Shown piece after piece: positions 35,422 through 49,030 of a stretch of DNA of 64,000 nt. Origin of the DNA: Mobula hypostoma (taxonomy: Eukaryota); assembly GCF_963921235.1 (NCBI RefSeq), contig NC_086118.1, positions 22,818,001 to 22,882,000 on the forward strand, given 5' to 3'. The position numbers and the translations under genes are program-made. The notes under the pieces were generated by a model. It searched no databases, was not told the origin of the DNA, and saw only the letters and a list, made by a program, of their open reading frames with translations. Within the stretch, counting starts at the first letter, position 1. Each line of letters starts with the position of its first letter.

Positions 35422-36629
35422 GGATGAGTGCTTGGGTGACCATAGGAGGGCAAGAGTCCGAGCCCTTCCTTGTACACACGGGGGTGAGGCAGGGGTGTGT
35501 GCTAGCACCAGTGCTCTTTAACATTTTTCTCTTGTGTGTTACCAAGCTTCTCCACAACGAGATTTAAGACAGCAGCGGTTTGGCAGTGGACGTCAGATTA
35601 GATGGCAACCTCTTTGACATCAGGAGGCTCCACGCAACCACCAAACTGCGGGTCCTGGAGCTGCAGTATGCAGACGACTGTGTTCTTGTGGCCCATACTC
35701 CGGAGGATCTTCAGACTGTCTTTGCTGTGGTGGTGCGAGCATACAGCAGGATGGGGCTGACTGTCAATACCACCAAGACAGAAGTGGTTTGCTAATGTCC
35801 CACCCACTCTACCTGCCTTCACTGTTGGTGATGAAAAGCCGTCATTAGTGCCATTTCTCAAATATCTGGGGAGCATTCTCTCTGAGGATAGCAGCATTGA
35901 CAACGACATCCAGAGCCACATTAAACAGGCATCAGCTGCCTTTGAGAGACTTCGGTGTAGAGTCTGTCCCTCCACAAAAGTCGCCGTATACAAAGCGGTC
36001 TGTGTCACCACCCTCCTTTATAGCTGTGAAGCTTGGGTAACCTACAGCCGTCACATCAAGTCCTTGGAGTACTTCCACATAAGCTGCCTCCAGCGCATTC
36101 TGTGAATTACCTGGCATGAGCGGGTGCCTCACACTGAAATACTTGTAAAGACCAACTGCAGGAGTATTGAAGCCATTATCACCCAGCGTCAGCTGCCGTG
36201 GCTGGGGCAGGTGATAAGGATGCCCCCATGTTGGCTACCCCGCAGAGTGTTATACGGCCAGCTACATCATGGTCGATGCTCAGCTGGAAGGCCGAAGAAG
36301 TGCTATAATGATCAAATGAAGGATGCTTTAAGGAAGTGCAAGATCAGACCCGAGGACCTGGAGGATGTTGCTGCTGACCGTACCACTTGGCGACAGCTGC
36401 GTAGGGACGGGGTTCATATTCTGGAGATGGAAAGAACAACCAGAAGACAGCAGAAGAAAGCCAGGAGAAATGCAGCCATGGTTGCCACCAGTACCACCAC
36501 TACCACATATACATGTCCCACCTGCAATAGAGCTTGTGGGTCCAGGATAGGACAGTATAGTCATCAAAGATCTCACCGTTAAAGGAGTGGACATCGTCAT
36601 CAGATTTCGATGAACAACCGAAGGAGAAG
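35422..36629 (+). mobile_element. 5'-truncated RTE LINE with C-terminal C2H2-like zinc finger
   Basis: GVRQGCVLAP, YADD, LLY.CE.W, CPTCNRACGSRIGQYSHQRSH; 11-bp TSD aatgttccatg at 35411-35421 and 36630-36640. Confidence 0.9.
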
Positions 36630-36861
36630 AATGTTCCATGACTAGTAGCAAACCATAGAGTAAATTTCAAATGACCATTGATCATGTATGTATCTAGATT
36701 GTACCAGCTTTCAGTCTAGGCACTGGAGCTAAATCTGGTCTAGTCCCTGGCCAAAATCCAAGTTTGTTTGGATTTCCTAAAACTTGTCGAAAAAAAGAAA
36801 TTTGGTCCTTTAGGTTCAACTGTTCCCCAAAACCAAAGCAGAACTGAGGAAACAACTAATC

Positions 36862-37195
36862 TCTGAATCGGAATCAGCATACACCATGAAATTTGTTGTT
36901 GTTATGTGGCAGCAAACAGGATAGTTAAAACTGTGAATTCGTGTAAGAAATATATATATTTATAAATATATTAAGTAGTGATGTAGTGTTTATGGGTTCA
37001 ATGTCCATTCAGAAACCTGATGCTAGAGAAGGGGAAGAAGCTGTTCCTGAATCACTGAGTGTGTACCTTCAGGCTCCTGTAGCCCCTCCCTGATGGTAGT
37101 AGTGAAAAGAGGGCACGTCCTGCGTGATGGGGTTCCCTAATGATGGATACCACCTTTTTGAGGCAACACTCCTTCAAGATATCCTGGATGCTGGC
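36862..37195 (-). mobile_element. Rex1/Babar 3' fragment
   Basis: ctgaatcggaatcag tail; LPSGR.YRSL-type C-terminus on minus. Confidence 0.7.
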
Positions 37196-37539
37196 GATCT
37201 GCTTGACACTTCATTGTGAGTGAGGGATATGAGACACTTGGGAAATAATAAACCTGATATTGTTGGGTGGAGAGGGATGGAGGATGTGCCTGAGTGAAGG
37301 AGGAGACTTACTTTGCGTACCCCCATATGCAGTTTTAACTTAATTGCTAATTGGTTAGGAAGGACTCCACAGCAGACTACAGAAACAAGTAGGAATTACC
37401 AATAAATCTCAAGGCTCTAAATATGCCTGGATGCTTCAAAAATGCTGTTAAAACACCAAAAATATCTGTAGGTATCTTGTAAGGGGGTCGCTTCTCCCAG
37501 CATTCAAAAAGCATAGACCTGTTAAGTTAATTCCTTTGA

Positions 37540-40500
37540 CCCCTTACTCACCAAAGGGTTAATTTTCAATTATGGCTCATACTATTAATTTTGTCTCTTG
37601 GAATACAAATGGTTTAAACCATCCAATAAAACAGAAAAAGATTTTCAAAGGTTCCAAAGACTGAATGCTCATATTATTTTTGCACAAGAGACTCGTAAGG
37701 AAAGAGGACAATCAACGCTTCTTTAAGTTTTGGAAAAAAGAACAATACCATTCAAATGCTCAAGCCAAAATTAAAGGCGTTTCAATTTTTATTGATCCCT
37801 CAATTACATTTATTCATCAAGACATTATTTCAGATCCTAATGGCAGAATTCTGTTAATTACTGAGGTACTTTTTAATAAAAAGGTCGCTATGGTTAATGT
37901 TTATGCTCCGAATGTGGATTATCCTGAATTTTTTAAACACTTATTCGCTTCCTTTCCTAACTTAAACGAGTATATGTTGATAATGGGTGGTGATTTTAAT
38001 TTATGTTTGAATCCCATGTTGGACAGATCCATAGGTAGTCCGGCTTTACCGAATTAGTCAGCTACTATTATTAACTCTTTTATGTTGGATTCTGGGATTT
38101 CAGAAATTTGGAGATTTCTACATCCAAATGATAAGGAATTCCCCTTTTTTTCACATGTTCATCGTTCTTTTTCCCGAATTGATTATTTCTTGATTGACTC
38201 TCATTTGATTCCATATGTAGTTGATTGTAATTATGACATTATTGCTATTTCAGATCATGCGCCAATGAAACTTTCCATCAAGTTAATGGACACCTCTTGT
38301 ACTAGCGGACAATGGCAATTTAACCCTATTTTGCTTCAAGATCAGGACTTTGTCAAATTTATAAAGGAGCAGATTGATTTCTTCTTTTCAACTAATACTA
38401 CGGAACAAGTTTCCAATGGAACTGTTTGGGACGCCCTTAAAGCTTATATCCGTGGTCAGATTATTTCCTATTCGGCTGGTTTGAAAAGACGTGTTAACAA
38501 TGAAATACTTCTGTTGGTTGATAAAATTAAAGAAGTCGATAAAAAATATGCCATTTCTCCAAGTAAGGAGCTGTACAAACACAGAGTTGAACTCCAATTG
38601 GAACATAGCTTATTATTAACATCCTCGATCGAAAATCAATTAATGAGAACTAGAAGTGATTTTTATATTCATAGCGATAAATCGGGTAAATTACTGGCTA
38701 ACCAATTGAAATTTGATTCGGTTGAACGTCAAATTTCTAAGATTCGCAAACAGGATGATACTTTCACAGTTGATCATGCTGGGATAAACCAAACCTTTCA
38801 AGAATTTTATACCTCTTTATATCACTCTGATCTTCCTCATGATTCTAATTTCATGCATGATTTTTTAAGTAAATTGAGTTTTCCGAAACTATCACCCGAA
38901 GATTGCCTATCATTAGAAACTTCCATTTCAGAGGAAGAAATAATAACTGCAATCTCATCATTGAATTCCAGTAAAGCACCCGGTCCGGATGGGTTTACAG
39001 TGGAACTTTTAAAATTTTTTTCCTCCATTCTTTCTTCTAAGTTGTCTAGAATATTCAAGGAAGCAATCAGTTTAGGTAAATTACCACAATCGTTTTATGA
39101 AGCCTCTATTTCCTTAATTCTTAAAAAGGATAAAGATCCTACTGATTGTGCATCATACAGACCGATATCTCTTCTGAATGTAGACTCTAAAATTTTTTCA
39201 AAAATTCTAGCAACTAGATTGGAGAAGGTGTTACCTCAAATTATTTCCATGGATCAAACCGGATTTATTAAAAATCGCTATTCATCCTTTAATATTAGGA
39301 GGTTAATGAATATTGTTTATACCCCCTCATTTCCTACCCCGGAATGTATTATCTCATTAGATGCTGAGAAAGCCTTTGACAGAGTTGAATGGCCTTATTT
39401 ATTTAATGTTCTTGAGAAATTTAATTTTAATCTGACATTTATATCTTGGATTAAATTGCTATATTACTCCCCGGTAGCCTCGGTTTGTACAAATAATTAT
39501 AGATCTCCTTTTTTTTGTCTTTTTCGTGGTACTAGGCAAGGTTGCCCTCTTAGTCCTTTACTATTCAATATTGCTCTTGAACCTTTAGCTATTGCTATTT
39601 GTGACTCGCCAAATATTGTTGGTATTACCCGTGGAAACGAAATACATAAATTATCATCATATGCAGATGATTTGTTGTTATACATCTCTAACCCGGAGAA
39701 GTCAATTCCTGCTATCCTAGATCTGTTAGCTCAATTTAGTAACTGCTCTGGATACAAATTGAATCTTAATAAGAGTGAATTATTCCCTTTAAATAAGCAT
39801 GTACCTATTTATGGACGTTTAGCATTTAAATTGGTTACTGATTCATTTATATATTTAGGGATAACAATTACGAAAAAATATAAAGATTTATTTAAAGCTA
39901 ATTTTTTACCTTTAATTGATCAGATTAAACTTTTATTTACCAAATGGTCGCCAATCTCTTTGTCTTTGATTGGTCGGATTCATGCTATTAAGATGATCAT
40001 TTTGCCCAAATTTTTGTATATATTCCAATCAGTTCCAATTTTTATCCCCAAATCTTTTTTTGATAACGTAGATTCAAAAATTTCCTCATATATTTAGCAG
40101 AATAAAAATCCTAGGTTAGGTAAAAGGTATCTACAGAAATCTAAAAAGGAGGGGGGGCTCGCCCTCTCGAATTTTAGATTCTATTACTGGGCAATTAATA
40201 TTCGATATTTAAAATTTTGGTTATGAGATTTGGACGTATCTTTAAACCCTCACTGGGTAAATCTTGAGTCTAATTCAATACAAGGGTTTTCCTTGGGTTC
40301 GGTTTTAGGAACTTTACTTCCTTTTACTTCTTTTAAATCATATGAACAAATGAACAACCCAATAGTTAATCATACTTTACGTATATGGTTTCAATTCCGA
40401 AGATTTTTTGGGTTTAATCAATTTATTCTAGCAAGTCCCATTATATCAAATTTTCTTTTTCAACCTTCCACGATGGATCAAGCTTACTTTGATTGGAAAA

Positions 40501-41739
40501 CCAAAGGTATAATATCTTTTAGCGATTTATTTTTGGATAATTGTTTTATGTCTTTTGATCAACTCTCTAATAAATATAACTTACCCAGATCTCACTTTTT
40601 TAGATATCTACAGATTAGAAACTTTTTAATTACTGTCTCCCCTAATTTTCCACACCCATGTCCAATGGACACTTTGGAAAAAATCTTAGATTTAAATCTC
40701 TCTCAGAAAAGTGTAGTAGCAATTATATATAATATAATTATGAATTTATGTCTTGATGCTTCTAATAAAATTAAAGCTGACTGGGAAAGAGAACTTGAGA
40801 TTAATATACCGACTGAAAAATGGGAAAAAGTTCTTCAGTTGGTGAATTCATCCTCTGTATGTGCTAAGCATAGGTTGATACAGTTTAAAGCAGTGCACAG
40901 GGCTCACATGTCCAAAGATAAACTATCTCGTTATTACTCTTATATTAATCCAATATGTGACAGATGTCATTCCGAGATAGCTTCTTTAACCCACATGTTT
41001 TGGTCATGTCCCTTGTTGGAGAAATATTGGAAAGATATTTTTGATATTATTTCAACGGTCCTAAATATAGACTTACAACCTCATCCAATTACTGCTATCT
41101 TTGGACTACCAATGATAGACTTAAATAATTTTACCTCTTCATCATGAAGGATGATTGCATTTCTTACTTCAATGGCTAGAAGGTCCATTTTGTTGAATTG
41201 GAAAGAGATTAACCCTCCTAATGTATTTCATTGGTTTTCACAAACTATAGTGTGTTTGAATTTGGAGAAAACTAGAAGTGCAGTTTATGACTCTTCCATT
41301 AAGTTTGAAAAAACTTGGAGGCCATTCATTCAGCATTTTCGTTTGATGTAATTTGATCATTTCCAAACTTGTTTTATCTCTCTGTACTGTTGTTGGAGGG
41401 GAATGGAGTCGTCGACACTAAGGTTTTCTTCTTTTCCATTTTTAAGTTGTTAGTTTTGCCCAAGTCTTTTAGTTTAGTTGATTAATTTTGTTTTTCTTTG
41501 GGGATGGGGTTTGTTTTTTTTGTTTTGTTTTTTTTTCTTTTTCATGATTTTTTTTCCAGTTTTTTTTTTGCTTTGTATTATCCGTTGTTAGTTCTACATG
41601 ATTGGGAGCTTTGTTAATTTAAACTATTTGATTTTACAATTACTTTTCTTAAGTGTAAATATATGTCTCCTACTATTTGTATTATTGCTATGTTTTGTTT
41701 CTATATTTTGAAATTAATAAAAAGATTGAAAAAGAAAGA
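37540..41739 (+). mobile_element. L1-clade LINE, second copy, 5'-truncated 32 bp upstream of ORF2
   Basis: 16-bp TSD aagttaattcctttga at 37524-37539 and 41740-41755; aataaaaagattgaaaaagaaag tail. Confidence 0.95.
37572..41351 (+). pseudogene. Disabled L1 ORF2
   Basis: Colinear with the 1739-5515 protein; frameshift(s) near 37650-37700; stops at 38055, 40095, 40224, 41145. Confidence 0.92.
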
Positions 41740-41755
41740 AAGTTAATTCCTTTGA

Positions 41756-42760
41756 ACTTACAAATGGGCTCGATGAAACAGAACACTGAAATCCAATTCC
41801 ATTTGAAAGTCTTGTGTTGGCAACACTTTAATCACACTGCAGGAGATGTTCCTGTTCAGAAGCAATTGAATTATCTGGGTAAGCCTGGCTTGCTTCAACT
41901 CAGAGATGCCTGGATGCCTCCATCTCTACTTTGAATTTTGAGATGAACTAACAGAACAGGGGGAGTTCATGTTCAAAGGACATCAATGTGGAAATGGCGC
42001 CTTACATTAGGAATTAATGTCAGCGGCTCATTTAGGGTATGACCCAAGAGAAGCTTATATTTCAAGAGCCTACAACAGTTTTTATTGGTCGACAATCCCA
42101 GCAGAGCTTAAACAATTCTTTACAAAGTATGATGTCTATATAGTTTATTGCAGTACCTCCTGTAAGACTGCAGTTAGGCCTTTTTACAGATTGGGACTGT
42201 GAGTTACATGTAGATACTCTTCTTGCATGTGACGTGTTAGCATAAATTTATTGAAGTAACCAGCTTCACTTCTGTTTAAATGCACAGATTTATGTATGAT
42301 TTCCAAGATGTTTGATACCTTGTGAAAGATAATGTTCTAGCATTTGTAAGCATTTCAGAATTTGCCATGTTTGCCAAGAAATAGGGATTGAGACCACAGT
42401 AAAATGAGCCAAAAAAACTCACAAAAATGCTAAATGATGCTTTGCAAAAAGAGCCTCATCAAAAAGACATTGTAGCTCAACGCAGTACCTTATCTGATGG
42501 TGTAGTTACAAGCTCTGCACTGTAACATACCCAGCAAAGGTGTAAGACTTCGCTATCCAGAGCAGGACACTATTACAGCCTTGCTATTTGGATGAAGAGA
42601 GCAGCTTGTTGCAAAAAAAAACAATGTCATCAGATTTATGAATGGAATTCTAGTGCCTATGAAGAAATACACCCTGGTGATAGTGTTCAAAGTAACTTCT
42701 CTGGCTAGTAGCTGGAACATGCACATATAAGGGAGGTCAGAAGTTATGACATTCAAGTCT
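41756..42760 (+). mobile_element. Highly degenerate Gypsy integrase remnant (probably continues left of the L1 at ~37400-37523)
   Basis: DELTEQG..MFKG, SFYW....AELKQF..K.DV and DN...F...EFA.FAK..G-like readings. Confidence 0.55.
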
Positions 42761-43289
42761 AAGACTCAATGTACTGCATGAATTAGTGGCAGTTGCTTCC
42801 CTTTTGATGAAATAATTGTTGGCAAACTCTGACACTGTACTTTTTTTCAGAAATATAATCCAGAATGAAAAAAAGAAAAAAACCCAGCAAGATCCACAAC
42901 TTCTTAGTGTTAGGTGCCAGCTACCAAATACAGATGTGAAAGACAGATCTGCAACCTGCACCTACTTGAGCCAGCAAGCATTCATTATGCATGTGCCTGT
43001 TTTGGCTAATTTTCACAGTTCCACTATGTGTTTGTAATTTTTTAAACAATTGGTTACAGAGTTTTTCTATCTTTCAAAGAGGACTCTGTAACCTAATTCA
43101 CAGTTGGCTGTAGGTGATGATGTCTGAAGTTAGTCAGGTGATTCTTTTATTCTGTCTCTCTTGCTAGTGTGACCTAGTGAAGGGGGGTCAAATAAATTTC
43201 CTGCAATTACTGTGAGTTTACTTGGCCTTTATGCCTTATCCCACCAACCTCACCACGCCACTCATTTGCATCCACAATATATCACTAGG

Positions 43290-44610
43290 TCACTGTGCAT
43301 TCAAGGTATTTCAATTGAGTGTAGTAAAAATATACCTGTATCTGGAAGGTCCAATTTCTGGTGAGTCAGTATCCTGGCAAAAACTATGCCATAAAGACAA
43401 AGAACACTCCGAGCAATTTTGTGAAAAGGTTATTGAAAAGCACAAGTCAGAAGATGGATACAAGAAAATTTCCAAGTCACCGCATATCCTTTGGAGTACA
43501 ATTAAGTCAATCATCAAGAAATGGAAGGGATATGGCACAGCTGTAAATCTGCCTAGAGGCCAAAAACTGAGTGACCATACAAGAAGGGGACGAGTGACGG
43601 AGGCCGCCAAAAGACCTATGACATCTCTGGAGGAGTTGCAAGCTTCAGTGCCTGAGATGAGAGAGACTTTGCATACAATAACTGTTGCCCGGGTGCTTCA
43701 CCATTCACCACTTTATGGGAGAGTGGCAAAGAGAAAGCCACTGTTGAAGAAAACGCACATGAAATCTTGGCTAGAGTTTACTAGAAGGTATGTGGGAGAC
43801 TCTGAAGTCAGCTGGAAGAGGTTCTATGTTCTGATGAAATCAACATTGAGCTTTTTGTCCATCAGACAAAACGCTATGCTTGGCGTAAACCAAACACTGC
43901 ACATAATGAAAAACACACCATCCCTACTGTGGGGCATGGTGGTGGCTGCATCATGCTGTGGGGATGCTTCACTGCAGCAGGCCCTGGAAGGCTTGTGAAG
44001 GTAGAGGGTAAAATGAATGTAGAAAAATGCAGGGAAATCCTAGAGGAAAACTTGATGCAAGAGAACTGCGACTTGGGAGACGATTTGTGAAAGACAATGA
44101 CCCCAAGCATAAAGCCAAAGCTACAGAGGAATGGCTTAAAAACAAAAAAGTTAATGTCCTGGAGTGGCCAAGTCAGAGTCCAGACCTCAATCCAATTGAG
44201 AATTTGTGGCTGGACTTGTAAAAGATCTGTTCACTCACGATCCCCATGCAATCTGATGGAGCTTGTGCGGTTTTGTAAAGAAGAATGGGGAAAAATTGCA
44301 ATGTCCAGATGTGCAAAGCTGATAGAGACCTATCCACGCAGGCTCAAGGCTGTAATTGCTGTCAAATGTGCATCTACAAAATACTGACTTGAAGGGGGTG
44401 AATACTTATGCAATCAATTATTTTTGTGTTTTATAGTTGTAATTAATTTAGATTACTTTGTAGAGATCTGTTTTCACTTTGACATGAAGGAGTCTTTTTC
44501 TTTTGATCAGTGTCAAAAAAAACCTAGTTAAATCCATTGTGATTCAATGTTGTAAAACAATAAAACATGAAAACTTTCAAGGGGGTTAAATACTTTTTAT
44601 AGGCACTGTA
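43290..44610 (+). mobile_element. Tc1 (DD34E) DNA transposon, disrupted, left TIR missing
   Basis: [52 protein letters not shown]; right end ...ggcactg|TA; inner and outer direct repeats aaggggg.aatactt at ~44392 and ~44579. Confidence 0.92.
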
Positions 44611-46514
44611 TGCCCTCTAGTTTTTTGATTCTCTTTTCCTGGGGAAAGTGCAATGTGCATTACCCCTATCCATGCCCCTCATCACTTTATTCATCTCTTT
44701 AAGGGGAGATAATAAGATGGCAAACCGAAAGGAAACAGAATGCGAATAAATACATTTTCAGATTGGCAGTCAGTAATTAAGGTAGCACCACTTTGCCTCA
44801 CCTATTTATAACTGTGTCAAGGATTTAAGAGATCAATATTCCCAGCATTTGTTTTATATCTATTCATTTCACAAGTGAAAGCATCAAATCTCACCATTCA
44901 ACTCAGCAGTCAGATTCATTTAGACATTGTTTCTCTATCCTGACAGCATGGATACAAGAATTCCAAAACATTACATTTAAAACCCATCCAGCCTTGCCAT
45001 TTTACGGATATTCCTAATGAGAAACATGAATGTTGTTTTGCATGATTGGACTCCCAGTCATTTGTAATATTTCTAGGAATAAAACTAAAGTTGTTTAATG
45101 AGCAAATATTTGCTCTCAAAATATAATGGAGTGAAGTTAATCAGACATCATGATCATTCTCCAATAGGTTGGGCTGAGTTTAACATGGAAATGTGTCATG
45201 TGTTTGAGATAGCAGTGAGTTGTTAGGAAAGAAATTCCAGCTGTACTTCCTTTGCCTGCCGTATGTGAAACAGCACGTACATGATCCTCACCCAGTTTTC
45301 ATCGGGAATGGTGGTTTGTCGTATGTTAATCCCTTGATGAGATCAACTTGACACACTGTTGCCACTTGAAAGTTCAGGCCAAGGGCTGCCTCAAATTTGG
45401 CTGCGAAATTAAGGTTACTTTCATCAACTTGGTTCCCTTCTAAACTTTGGTTGCTTGGTCTACCGCATCACTGTGCATGATGCTCAGTGGAGACACAAGA
45501 GACTGCAGATGCTGGAAGGCCAGGCAATTTCTGTGAAGCGAAATGGACACAAGAATAGAGAAAGGTCTTCACCCAAAACGTCTACTGTCTATTTCTTTCC
45601 ACAGCTGCTGCCTAGCCAGCTGAGTTTCTCCATCATCTTCTTTTTAGCATGGTGCTTATGCTGGTTGCATATCAATAATTGTACCTAAATTAGCAGCTGT
45701 ACAGAGGAAAACAACAGAAGGGACAAATATACATAATGCAGTCTCCAATATTTGCTCTTTCTTGACATAAAATGCACTAGTCATATTATCTGGCTTGTTT
45801 TGGAGTCATATTGTAATGTGAGACATGTGGTATCATTATTTCTGAACTATTCACAAACCTGGTGAATCTCTATCTTGACAATATCCTCTGACCCAGAAAT
45901 ATTTAATGCTGCAGATGTTGTATTCCCCTAAAATTCCATTATCATTGACATTTTCCCATCATATTCATGATTTCACTGTTTTTATCTTACATTATTTTAG
46001 AGTTTATATTCCCAGTGTTCCAGTAAAACTAGGTATTTGGCCTTTATCTGTTACAAGTTAGTCTGGAGTACATTACTCCTTTCATAATTTAGAAATCCAA
46101 GATTTTAACATGCATTATAAAAGAATGCACATTCTAAATGTTCCATAAACACAAATAAAGTTACGCCTACGTACTTGTAATTGAACATAATCTTTTGTGA
46201 TTTTAGCATAACATTTCAATATGTTACCAATCCAAAAATAACTTCACCAGTGTAAAGTTCAGGAGGTGTTTTGGATGGTGAGCAGGATTCTCTTCACCAG
46301 GCTTGAGCTTTGGTGTACCTCTGCACCAGATGTTGCAGTACGTCATCATTATTGTGTCCAGTCCCCTTAAGCTTTTCCTCAGATGGCCCTTATTCCGCTA
46401 ATCTGAAACACTGTGTTTTGAACCAGCCAACCATAACACAACATCTAATCAATATCCAGTCGGACCCTAGAGGAGTATATAAGCCAGCATTATGAGGAGA
46501 CAACACTCTCAACT

Positions 46515-46557
46515 GTGCACTGATGATGGCTTCTCAATTGGAACCGAAACATCTGCA
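46515..46557 (+). ncRNA. Hammerhead ribozyme motif, second family
   Basis: tgca-CTGATGA-tggcttctcaattggaacc-GAAA-CATC-tgca; stem I tgca/tgca; imperfect stem II. Confidence 0.6.
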
Positions 46558-47489
46558 AACATTTTGCCAAGTTCAGTGATCAACCAAACTTCCACCTTTC
46601 TTTGTCCTTATTTCACAGAATCTGGCTTGGGATAGCTGTATATTGACTACCCCATTCAGGTATCTCCTACAATAGCACAAGGCTTGTTGTTGCTCCTCTT
46701 CCTCCGGTTGGAATTTACAGATGGATGTTAGTGCTTAGCTGATTTAGTGGCTCACAGACAAGAATCCCATTGTTGACGTCTTTCTATATGCCAAAAAATT
46801 GAGATAAGCTCTTCCGTGTCCTTGTTTTGTCTTTCTTAGAAGTAACCTCGCTGGTCAGTAGCATCCTACACCTTCACACAGGGTTGCGGGTAGCACGTTA
46901 CTGGTACATTGTTATACAAATTAATCCCCACTTAGCTCCGGAGTTTGGGAACCCATCTGCAGCACGTTGAAGTCCTTTACCTGTTACAGTCTGGAGTACT
47001 ACCTCCAGCAAACTGAGCTTTAACAATGTGAATGAAGTAAGAAGATTGAATCATGGTTTATATTAAGAAATAAAAAAAATCAACTGTCAATCAATCAACC
47101 AAGGTAGCATCTGCTGAGACTTTCGCCTGAGGTCTATTTTGCTGCTCTCTTTCAAGCGTGGCTCCTTCCTTAGATCAGCATGATCTCATATTTGTGTCCA
47201 TTCTTGATCAACAGAGCAATTCAGAAGCTCTCGTCAATCCGCCTTTCCCAAATGCGATGAGTATATATGCTTTACATTTCTCTCATTGTGGGCTTTGCTA
47301 CACCGCAACTTTCAGCAATTTCTCAAAATAAAGCTGAGACCTCGATATTGATTGAAACGTATTGGAAGCTCCTGTGGTTTATATGGTTATCCACTCAAAG
47401 CATTTCACCAGCAGCACTGAGAAAACTGGGTATTGCATTGCCTTGGTTGTACCAGAATATTACTGAGTGGCTATAAAGGGTAAATTAAA

Positions 47490-48440
47490 AGAAGTCCATT
47501 TTGGTACCAATGATATCAGTAGAAAAAGAAATTATGTCCTACAACGCAGATTCTGGGGAGTTAGGAAAGTAGTTCAGAACTTGAGTGTCAAAGACAGTAA
47601 TCCCTAGATTAACTCTAGTTGCATGTGCTTGTAAGAACATGCAGCTGATCGTATGGGACAGGAGAGGGAATGTTGGAAACTGAAAAGTTCTAGGAAAGTG
47701 GGAATTGTACAGGCTGTACGGTTTGCACCTCAACAAGGTTGGGACCAATATCTTTTTTTGGATTGAGTGGGGGTAGGCTCATGGCTGCTTAATATGTTGA
47801 AAGGTTTGATGTCTGGCAGGGAAGTGGAGAGCTGAGCAGAGTCAGGAGGGAGAAGAGCAGAAGTAGAAAGTGAAGAAGATAAAGTAATAACAAAGCTTGA
47901 AATACAGCAGATGGAAAAATAAACAAATAAAAAATTGACTGTATTCAGTGGTAAACACCTGAATGTAAGAAAAATGGAAAATGAAGCAGATTGGTAGAGT
48001 GCACAGCTATAATATGGTATTTCAGTGACTACAAAGGCTCGGTTGAAAGAGGGACAGGCTACAGAACATACTCGTTTCAGTTCTAACAAATGAAAAAGTG
48101 AGGATGTTAGAAAAGTGGACAAGCAATAATATCAGTTAAAGGACATGAAAGTAGATGATGCGTTAGAAGAACCATCAAATGAGCTTTATGGATTGAAGTA
48201 AACAACAAAAAAAACACACCTGGACTGCACTGTATGTCTCCAAATCACCTACAATAGATAAAAAGATAATGTTTGGGCATATTTTGAGATACAAATCAAG
48301 TAGAAAAGTAGTACTGGAATTTAATTTAGCCAAATGTTTACTGAGAGGCAATCAGTGTAAAATCTACAGAGGACACAAAATTCCTGATCTGGATTCAAAC
48401 TGAGTTTTTTTTTAACAAATATGTAGCAGGCCTGACAAGA
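47490..48440 (+). mobile_element. Old CR1 fragment (SGNH ORF1 to APE)
   Basis: gtccattttggtaccaatgat (VH.GTND) and ggtttgcacctcaac (GLHLN) motifs. Confidence 0.6.
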
Positions 48441-48479
48441 TGTGGTGGAGTGTGGAGTGAGGTGTCATTCTCGAAGTTA

Positions 48480-49030
48480 CAACAAGGAATATAAAAAAAT
48501 AAATAAATAGTGCAAAGACAGAGCAAAATAGCGAGGTGGTTTTCATGGGTTCATGGACCATCCAGAAATCCGATGGTGGAGGGTAACAAGCTGCTCCTAA
48601 AACGTTGGAAGTGTGTCTTCAAGGTCCTGTACATCCTCCTGATTACAGTAATGAGAAATGGGCATGTCCTGGATAGTGAGGGACTTCAATGTCGGATGCC
48701 AACTTTTGAAGATTTCATCAATGGTGGGGAGATCATGCCCATGATGGGAGCTGGCTGAATTTACAACCCTGTGCAGCTTTTTCCAATCCTTTGCACTGGC
48801 ATTCCCCCCTACCAGTCAGTGATGCAAACAGTCAGAATGATCTCTACGGCACATTTGTAGAAATTCCTATAAGTCTTTGTTAACATACTAGTTCACCTCA
48901 AACTCCTAATGAAACATAGCCACTGGCATGCCCTCTTCATAATTGCATTAATATGTTGGGCCCTGGGTAAATCTTCAGGGCTGTTGGCACCCAGGAACTT
49001 GAACTACTCATCTTTTCCACTGCTGACTCC
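48480..49030 (-). mobile_element. Rex1/Babar 3' fragment
   Basis: Homologous to 51005-51905. Confidence 0.7.

Noticed and set aside
42650..42680. tagtgcctatgaagaaatacaccc as the left TIR of the Tc1
   Set aside because: Only a partial match, not continued by the rest of the ~200-bp IR, and embedded in the Gypsy remnant
46860..47000. CpG-containing stretch as a possible exon
   Set aside because: The frames I tried close quickly and give no recognisable peptide
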